Assembly (NCBI GenBank): GCA_964036045.1 | Contig: OZ038378.1 | Location: forward strand, 183,644,001 to 183,708,000 | Length of the DNA stretch: 64,000 nucleotides | From: Eutreptiella sp. 'Long Island Sound 2002' | Taxonomy: Eukaryota > Protista > Euglenida | Reading direction: 5' to 3' | Part shown: positions 59,401 to 64,000 of the stretch, in pieces | Layout of the letters: each line of letters opens with the position of its first letter | How positions within the stretch are numbered: the stretch's first letter is position 1 | Position numbers and translations under genes: made by a program | Notes under the pieces: model-generated | Database searches by the model: none | What the model was told of the DNA's origin: nothing | Seen by the model: only the letters and a program-made list of their open reading frames with translations

Positions 59401-61339
59401 AGTGGTGTTTTTTCCTTCTTGTTGCAAGTTTCACCGTTTCTACAGTTTAAGAGGATTATTCTTGCCGTGCGGCACCTGCGGCGCACCCTGCGGCACGCAG
59501 GTGTAGCCCTCTCAAGCCACTAGCAACACAATATGGCCATGCACCCCATCTCCCATAGGCGAAGTCACAGGGCAAAGCCAGAGTAAGAAGAGGAGGATCC
59601 TAGAGGTGTCCAAAGCCCTTTACATAACTCACTGAGCAGATGATCCGGAGCAGTGGAGCTAACAGGACTTAGCACCTACGGTTTGAGAATATTTTGGCCC
59701 TGTTGTAGGCCTGCTCTATGATTTGAATGTGATGATTTGAATGTGTTGTTGTGGCTGTGTTACAGCAGCTCCATGTAGGAATTGTGCAGTCAAGAGGGCA
59801 ATCCCTACCCCTAAGGCAGTTCCAAAAACAAATTGCCTTTTGATTCCAACCCTTGTAATTGATTTGAGAAGCCTTCAAAATTTGACCTCAATCAAAATCA
59901 ACACAGTCAAACATGAAGCCAACAGAATCTTTGTGCCCCTCGATGTGTATGGGTTTCAAATCTACTACAGAGTCCTCATCAGCTGTAGACACAAACAATC
60001 AAATATTCACAACATGCTGGCGGCATAGAATCAATGCACAAATCATGAATACGGCCACCCAAAAAGCAATCTCTTCATTTCAGCACAGAAAATGGCTTTG
60101 AGATTTTTTATTGGTCGTGACACAGCGAATAATTTGAGGCCTTTCATGAAGCGCAGGCGTCTCTGAACACTGCATCTTCTCACAATTTCGCGATCTCTTC
60201 CTCTTCCATCTTCAAGCCTCGAAATGAATGGATGCCATGTTCCACATCAGGCCAATCCTGCTTAGGCCCGACAAGGGCTTTTTCCTTTCACGAAGGAGCC
60301 CTCGTTGGCCCTGCAGCTAGCTCTAGCTCTAGCTCTGTCTTTACACGCAACCCCCATTATTCCAACGCCTTGACTGTCAATTTAACTAGGGTAGGGACTA
60401 GGGTAGAGAACCACCTCCGCCTCCTCCGTTGATTTTGTTTCACTAACAGCCCCCTTAATGGAGAGGGATCAGGTCACAGAAATAGAATGAGAAGATTGTG
60501 GGCCGCCATTTGAGGCCTAGCGGTGCTCCGTGACCATGGCGTAGTGTGCACACAGCCACACGGCGTCTAAGTGCCCCTAGTTTCCATCGATACTGTGCTT
60601 GTCAGCCCTCTAGCATTGGCTGCACGAGCCCTCTGGATAGTGGCATTGGGACTGGATGGGGGCACGGTATTGGCGTCCCACTCTAGGCAGCTCAAGGCCG
60701 GTTGGGGGGGAATTGTCCTCTGGGAGAACCCCCTCCCCGGTTCCCGGACGGGGGATTTTTGTCCCATTTGGGTACCGGGGAAGGGGTTTCTCCCAAGAGG
60801 ACACTAATCCCCCGTTTGGAACCTGCCATAGTATATGCCCATTCCTGATTGGGGGGGTACTGATGGGCTGCTGCGAATGGCTGGGAGAAGCCCCCGTTCC
60901 CAAATGGGGTCCTCGGAGGACAGAAATCCCCCTTTCGGAACCAGCGAGGGGGTTTCCCAGAGGACAATTCTCCCCCATTGTGGAACCCGCCTGGGCAGCT
61001 GTGAGTGACCCCAAGGGCCCCGGTCAATGCTTCGGCATGAGTTCCCACTGCATTTCCTGCCAATCCCCCACCCCTCTGGTTGTTCCTCTGGTGTGTCTCC
61101 TGTACCATTAACCCACTCTGCAGGAGACGCTGCTGGGCATCCCTGAGCTCTATCGTGATGTTCAGCAGGCGCAAGATCTGACACCCACTCTGTTCTTTTT
61201 GATCTTCTGCGAGTCTATCTTCTATGGCGGCATCATTGCATTCCTCTGCGTCGGGGGAATGCATTTCGTGACGACGACAAGTTTTGGCGTAATGAATGTG
61301 TTCTGGCACCTGTCGCTGGTGGTGCAGGGAGTCATTCAG
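19102..61339 (+). CDS. P4-type ATPase (phospholipid flippase), 14 exons, about 1031 codons; C-terminal TM segments lie beyond the window or were not found
   Basis: All junctions are GT-AG and phase-compatible. Motifs: [53 protein letters not shown] (TM4), DKTGTLTQN phosphorylation site (46922-46936), [63 protein letters not shown] (TM5). A further upstream exon is possible. Confidence 0.95.
19495..19790. repeat. Degenerate CCAAC(T/C)GCCGTCGG-type short-period repeat
   Basis: Recurring CCAAC.GCC..CGG units; loosely similar GGCGGTT-rich tracts at about 24550-24660, 52880-53000 and 56690-56830. Confidence 0.55.
20568..20650 (+). CDS. P4-ATPase exon 2 (TM2)
   Basis: [27 protein letters not shown]; AG 20566-20567, GT 20651. 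Confidence 0.9.
21435..21699 (+). CDS. P4-ATPase exon 3 (A domain)
   Basis: DKEMNNR...WKDVEVG...PADILILQS...[13 protein letters not shown]; AG 21433-21434, GT 21700. Confidence 0.92.
24254..24473 (+). CDS. P4-ATPase exon 4 (A domain)
   Basis: [13 protein letters not shown]...[21 protein letters not shown]; AG 24252-24253, GT 24474. Confidence 0.9.
26502..28301 (+). CDS. LINE-A ORF1 (about 599 aa, no domain recognised)
   Basis: Long open frame (open from 26346; ACACCATG at 26502) directly upstream of the pol-like ORF; helical/Pro-rich composition. Confidence 0.7.
   Translation: MPPAAAVVPDVSADAFRALSPADRVAAITPKDSFPCTGAAWNPLARELLLTLHHHPSGVLCAGCPADDAFLGSVCLMWAAATDSLAHLDMESLRNHAGQTSWLTYGMAINALVAFHAQATPAHMTDLHSEASLFTARYGDQTLRTLSQDEFLMVLSGEHDLKPPVMRLPVIYWLLSWAAKQAGSALACPDLLPTDPPTPLPTNSVLTSAQWVKELRAHGPDGDGKLCHPGLLMRLYASKERWRKETADDTSDDPWLLQLRALSSADSADFLTRLDSLASVPENKAEEHAQPLLTLARAHQLGSKAYGNINGVRTTAALVGVAKSLWLTCPAYRQPMLRADLARYVEVVEERYENNNLQDLKTKSLEEIVRLIEQPGSQSLPYGDVARRLAMHDAVSDRASQSLLVVSTEDTFRQALVQTFRGIETKAGVTQITQTLKKELTSRASDAAFDWVLRRGSTPASPGPASSPQASRMPNFPQPPLPLQTRPAPTPPGRRLIMLRDLESIRDTHLMAASVQLTHLLLTPITLTPQMIRRRVGIATVDESVWASLFTSSADRTYLDTSTVPPQWSVTMASTRRDGSPIERSGDVCDASAPAVTPT
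29053..33851 (+). CDS. LINE-A ORF2 polyprotein: Cys-rich N-terminus, APE endonuclease (about 29491-30150), RT (YSDD 31582-31593), RNase H (from 32356), CCHC knuckle (33052-33108); three frameshifts
   Basis: NNLGG, LYQETW, IMGGDFN, TGIDHIL (APE); [23 protein letters not shown] (RT); VTDG...DAEW...LAD...FWVRAQH (RNase H); CDYC-x9-H-x4-C. The frame breaks at C12 (32593-32604), (CA)n (about 32696-32708) and C17 (33595-33611). The start codon is uncertain (frame open from 28717). Confidence 0.88.
34550..34672 (+). CDS. P4-ATPase exon 5 (start of TM3)
   Basis: [41 protein letters not shown]; phase 1/phase 1; AG 34548-34549, GT 34673. Confidence 0.88.
34944..35013 (+). pseudogene. tRNA-derived (Cys/Ala-like 3' half) SINE head or tRNA pseudogene
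   Basis: 11-bp closing stem GTACCCTAGCG/CGCTGGGGTAC; CTGCA...AGAGGTCCTGGATTCGAATCCAGG resembles a tRNA variable loop + T-arm/B-box; no proper D-arm. Confidence 0.5.
36373..36600 (+). CDS. P4-ATPase exon 6 (end of TM3, TM4)
   Basis: AGTCATIW...[37 protein letters not shown]; AG 36371-36372, GT 36601. Confidence 0.92.
37302..39122 (+). CDS. LINE-B ORF1 (606 aa; N-terminal coiled-coil-like segment, remainder unrecognised)
   Basis: ATG 37302 to TGA 39120-39122; [23 protein letters not shown] heptad-like stretch; directly upstream of the APE-RT ORF. Confidence 0.8.
   Translation: MSAITHEILEALQRPELLEALAAALAPLLSGRSSPKPKPTASVAAATPAATTREEELLGIIRELRGTVKDLRAALQAAGGTLTPSKAQANAAKDETPSYREALQRRMKAQSRLVVQDVPDLGEPLQPTATAVHEIEGKYGFTAVQGRRIYQGEHKTALKSLQQIGANKPVNDWKVTEATAKAFEHVLLVGQPLAEAHAIATQALMKYDSIQSVSAHVLATNCRRGVVNVPGILAALGSSRECLHIKDFILSIKVVTKRMSWEVKRDPGVTVIPPEHSILLCWERPRDGVEGKDTEPEVLPQDKAAIRIVCCLDPSALRAGQDSTKVKASRWAENTCWELTAPLLQPALTSPPPMQVGKRGSKYEVTVVLPAPMAKQVLCSSGKIVGLEYRLFMSKTVDVDDLKANMVWVKLPPSNKRSISEQWRRLSKQPWFAGLMAGDKDDRLGVRVWGGAVLPETREEIAGLLGIQLTTPMTRVRVRGYGISMGLVSGSQSAAQREADRVFGANTVKVQRCQHLKHSGLINPVFDMDITGVPPDWEGCTAPAKDSRMPVRRWHLCLRKSTGPSYTPVGKNTTLPAIQGCVLPDDEEMEDSPAGAPAAEEDESIL
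39153..44265 (+). CDS. LINE-B ORF2: APE, RT (YADD 41667-41678), CCHC (42645-42698), C-terminal tandem Cys/His motifs; one frameshift at G12 (43620-43631)
   Basis: [35 protein letters not shown] (APE); [48 protein letters not shown] (RT); CPYC-x8-H-x4-C. Removing one G extends the frame to TAG 44263-44265. Confidence 0.9.
45460..46321. mobile_element. Non-autonomous Tc1/mariner-type DNA transposon (AT-rich, 862 bp)
   Basis: Perfect TIR CCGTGCAAACTTT / AAAGTTTGCACGG flanked by TA on both sides (45458-45459, 46322-46323); subterminal GCGCAAAA repeats; no transposase ORF. Confidence 0.8.
46589..46819. mobile_element. MITE-like element (231 bp)
   Basis: CAGGCTATTG(TAAAAGGA) / (TCCTTAAG)CAATAGCCTG imperfect 18-bp TIR; no TSD recognised. 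Confidence 0.65.
46848..46986 (+). CDS. P4-ATPase exon 7 (phosphorylation motif)
   Basis: [38 protein letters not shown]; AG 46846-46847, GT 46987. Confidence 0.95.
47340..47545. repeat. TTTCCCCAT/GGGAAATGG low-complexity repeat
   Basis: Tandem TTTCCCCAT units with an inverted GGGGGAAATGGG copy at the left end. Confidence 0.65.
47992..48271 (+). CDS. P4-ATPase exon 8 (N domain)
   Basis: YGIGVTE...FYDSRI...[11 protein letters not shown]; AG 47990-47991, GT 48272. Confidence 0.9.
51006..51052. repeat. (GCGCCCTAGT)-type minisatellite, about 4 copies
   Basis: Directly visible just upstream of exon 9. Confidence 0.8.
51139..51366 (+). CDS. P4-ATPase exon 9 (N domain)
   Basis: [12 protein letters not shown]...[14 protein letters not shown]...CKGA; AG 51137-51138, GT 51367. 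Confidence 0.95.
52553..52834 (+). CDS. P4-ATPase exon 10
   Basis: DSAI...[12 protein letters not shown]...[12 protein letters not shown]; AG 52551-52552, GT 52835. Confidence 0.95.
54309..54629 (+). CDS. P4-ATPase exon 11 (P domain)
   Basis: [38 protein letters not shown]...ALIIDG; AG 54307-54308, GT 54630. Confidence 0.93.
55661..55956 (+). CDS. P4-ATPase exon 12 (P domain hinge)
   Basis: [15 protein letters not shown]...[13 protein letters not shown]...[16 protein letters not shown]...LVHG; AG 55659-55660, GT 55957. Confidence 0.93.
56909..57116 (+). CDS. P4-ATPase exon 13 (TM5-TM6)
   Basis: [18 protein letters not shown]...FSG...[19 protein letters not shown]; AG 56907-56908, GT 57117. 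Confidence 0.92.
57930..58790. repeat. Degenerate satellite built from the palindrome GAGGGTACCCTC and CAATATCCAG units
   Basis: Dozens of GGTACC/GGGTAC/GTACCC motifs interleaved with CTCAATATC. Confidence 0.8.
58826..59512. mobile_element. Non-autonomous DNA transposon, possibly PIF/Harbinger-like (687 bp)
   Basis: Perfect 13-bp TIR AGAGGGCTACACC / GGTGTAGCCCTCT; subterminal CCTGCGGC repeats; with a 12-bp TIR the flanks read TAA / TCA. Confidence 0.65.
60704..60976. mobile_element. Foldback-like element with nested inverted repeats
   Basis: GGGGGGGAATTGTCCTCTGGGAGAACCCC (60704-60732) mirrors GGGGGTTTCCCAGAGGACAATTCTCCCCC (60948-60976); an additional inverted copy near 60783-60812. Confidence 0.7.
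61124..61339 (+). CDS. P4-ATPase exon 14 (TM7, start of TM8)
   Basis: [11 protein letters not shown]...[17 protein letters not shown]; AG 61122-61123, GT 61340. Confidence 0.88.
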
Positions 61340-61769
61340 GTCACAGCCTTTTCACGTCCGTGGGACCTTGTAGCATTCATGGCACATCGGCGTCAAAAGC
61401 AGATCGCTGTTCCGACGAGAGTATCAATCACGAGAGGAAAACACTCAATTGCCTCTCAATTGCCGTGCCTGAGGCAAAGCAAACAATACAGGGGAAAGGC
61501 CAGGCAGGGGTATGGGGAACTAGGGCATGGTCCAAAGCCACCCCTCTAGGTAAGCCATCACCTGTGTCGCATTTGTGCCACATGCCCATCATTTCCGGCT
61601 GTCGTGGTTGCCCGTTGACAAACAACGCTTCACGGCCAACCGATATCAGTTGGCGGCTCAACAGTCGTTGATATGCAACCCGTAATTATGGTGCCGAACT
61701 CTGTCCCAACGGTCAGGTGTTACTGGATAGTTGTATACTTTGAACTTGTCCTTAGCAGTTTCATTGCGT

Positions 61770-62170
61770 TTAGAAGTGGGGAGGTGGCGAATGGGAAATG
61801 TGCAGGGTCCCCAAAGCGGGGAGGTGGCAAATGGCAATATAATCCTTGGTGCGAGGTCCCCAAAGCAGCTTGCCAACGCAAGGCAGCAACAAATGGCTTA
61901 CAAAGTGGGGAGAAGGCAACTGGATTCAGGACCTCTGCTGTATTGGGTTCCGAGTGCAGAGGTGGTAGATGGCTCTATAACCTGTGGTCTATCAGGTTTG
62001 CCAAAGCACAGGAGCCAAATAGCTACACAACCCTTGCCAAGGTCCTCAAAGTTGGGGGTTTGCAAATGGTTACACAACCCCTGCCATATTGGGGTCCCCA
62101 ATGTGGGGAGAAGACGAATGGCTACATAAGCTTTACCGTGTTGGACTCCCCAAAGTGGGAAGGAGAGAGA
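61770..62170. repeat. Degenerate tandem repeat with CCCCAAAG(C/T)GGGGAG...AATGGC(T)A units
   Basis: At least five recognisable copies. Confidence 0.65.
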
Positions 62171-64000
62171 AAGAGTGTCTGAAACGCACCTCGCATGTGA
62201 CATTTGATCATTGTGTGCGGTCACAGGTTCAAAAAAATCAGTTTTAGAAATTCTGAATTTTTCGCCTTTGAGGTTGAAACAGCCACACTGCTGACAAGAT
62301 AAATATAGAAATCATTCCATTTTACATGTTTGGAGCGTCTGTAGGGGTTGGAATGGCTATTTTTGAAAAAGGGCCCATTTTTTTGTCCTACCCTGTTTTT
62401 AGCTCTCTGTGACCCCTTGTTCGGGCCAAATACCCAATTACACCCATCCGATTTCCTTCTGTGACGTGTTGTTGTTTTTTTGAGCTCTGCACCCTCAAAG
62501 TGGGGGATGGGTCCCTAGTTGCCTCCCAAAGGCCACTTGGTGGCAATACAGGGGCGTGGTATTTTGGTGGAGGTGTGCCAATTAGTATGATATGCATGAC
62601 ATGCACCATCCAAAACCTCAATGTGTGCTGCAAGAATGCGCCATCTGCTTTTGTGGTTGTGAGCTGTTGTTGTCAAAAACAAGGCACACAGCAACTGCAC
62701 ACCCTCCAAAAAGCATGCGCTCTTACTATCGCCGTGGTAGCATCTGCAAGTTATTCATATGTGAGCTGCAACAGGGAAAACAAAAAGCTCTACTTCACAG
62801 GTTTCCATTCCAGCCAGGGTAGCAGCCAATGTGCACACTTCAAGGCGGTACGCTGTCTGGGCAATACAGGTGAATGGGTGACCTTGGGTTTGTTCATGAC
62901 ACCACACAAACATGGAAACTCATGTGGGACACATGGCTCTAATTGCTGCCATTCTCTCATTTGCAAAAAGTGCCAACCAAGAATAGAAACTTCTCAGCCA
63001 AGCGCCCGGCTATTGTAGCGTGGCAAAAAAATCTAAAGATCAATAAGACCCAAACAGATGGGAAATCTAAATCTGACCAGCACTCCCAGATCTTTTGGAG
63101 TCAGGCCCTTTTCTGGTCTATGGCCACCTTGCATGACGTGTTGGCGCGCCTCAAAGCCCTTTTGCATGGGGCAGGAATAGTGTGCACGGGGAACAGTGAA
63201 AAAGCACCTTGAGGGACAACTAGCCACAAGGGGCTCATGCAACCTTCATGTCCGTGGTGTCTGTGGTCAAGACAAACAATACTACGACTCTGTATGGCCA
63301 TGCATTGTGTACTCAGAAGTCAACAAAGGATTTGCAATGTGCCAATGACTTGAGAATGGCTTGGTCGAGGGAAATGGGCCACAAGTTTCCAAATTGCACG
63401 CATCACATACTATGTCACGTTGTGGAGATTGTGCGTGTAGTGTAGCACAAAAAGCATAGTGCTTGCAGGACCTTTGCTGCCAGTATTGAAGGGGCATGGC
63501 ATTGTATTCAAGAAGTGAAGCCACAGTTTTCTGTCTAGCAGCAATCCAACGCAGGTTGCATGCACAGCCCCAGGTTTGTGGATTTTGAGGGGTGGGTAAA
63601 CAACACCCTGTTTGTCTTTGCTTGTGAGTTGCTGTAATGGTGCTGCTTTGTCCATCCAGTGCAGGTGTAGAAAGCGTCATTTTTGCATTAAACATTTTTT
63701 CCATGAAATGCTGCAATTGGATGGATTGGGAAAGTTTTGTATGCAGCTGATTGGCAAAGAGGATGCTGCACTGCAAACAATTACCTCCTTGCCACTGTGC
63801 CTTCTGCATGGTTGCAGCACGTTCTGGTTCTTGTCACAGACAAGGACCAAGGGACTCAGCATAAGCTGTGGAAGGACACAGCAAGAGGTTTTTGTCTGTG
63901 TCTTATGATTCCTCCCTGGACGATGTCTTTGCACAGTCTTCTGCTCCGTGTATTTCCCAAGGTCCAGAAATCTTTCTTTCTTCCAATTCCCGCAGCGAAT

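Noticed and set aside
19102-61339. Euglenid-type nonconventional (non GT-AG) introns
   Set aside because: All 16 junctions I could reconstruct in the window are canonical GT-AG and in phase.

Overview
Eukaryotic (protist-like), intron- and repeat-rich genomic DNA. All genes I could build are on the + strand with canonical GT-AG introns; the taxon cannot be fixed from the sequence, though a pyrimidine-tract/AG just before a start codon would fit a trans-splicing lineage such as euglenids. Three host genes: (1) the 3' end of a gene with a virus/phage-type HNH-like Zn domain (416-1383); (2) a 3-exon coiled-coil + degenerate YTH + Pro-rich + RRM protein (5998-11664); (3) a P4-type ATPase (phospholipid flippase) with 14 in-phase exons over 19102-61339, continuing past the window. 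Two apparently full-length, mutually dissimilar non-LTR retrotransposons lie in the sense orientation inside ATPase introns. LINE-A (25404-34072) has a 12-15 bp target-site duplication, an unrecognised ORF1, an APE-RT-RNase H-CCHC ORF2, a structured 5' UTR and an (AAAGCCC)n tail. LINE-B (37157-44396) sits in a (CA)n microsatellite and its ORF2 ends in a tandem pair of an unfamiliar CxxH-x4-CxxC-x9-CCxxGHH motif. The rest is MITEs, tRNA-derived pieces, satellites and microsatellites. All assignments come from manual motif recognition; no searches were run.
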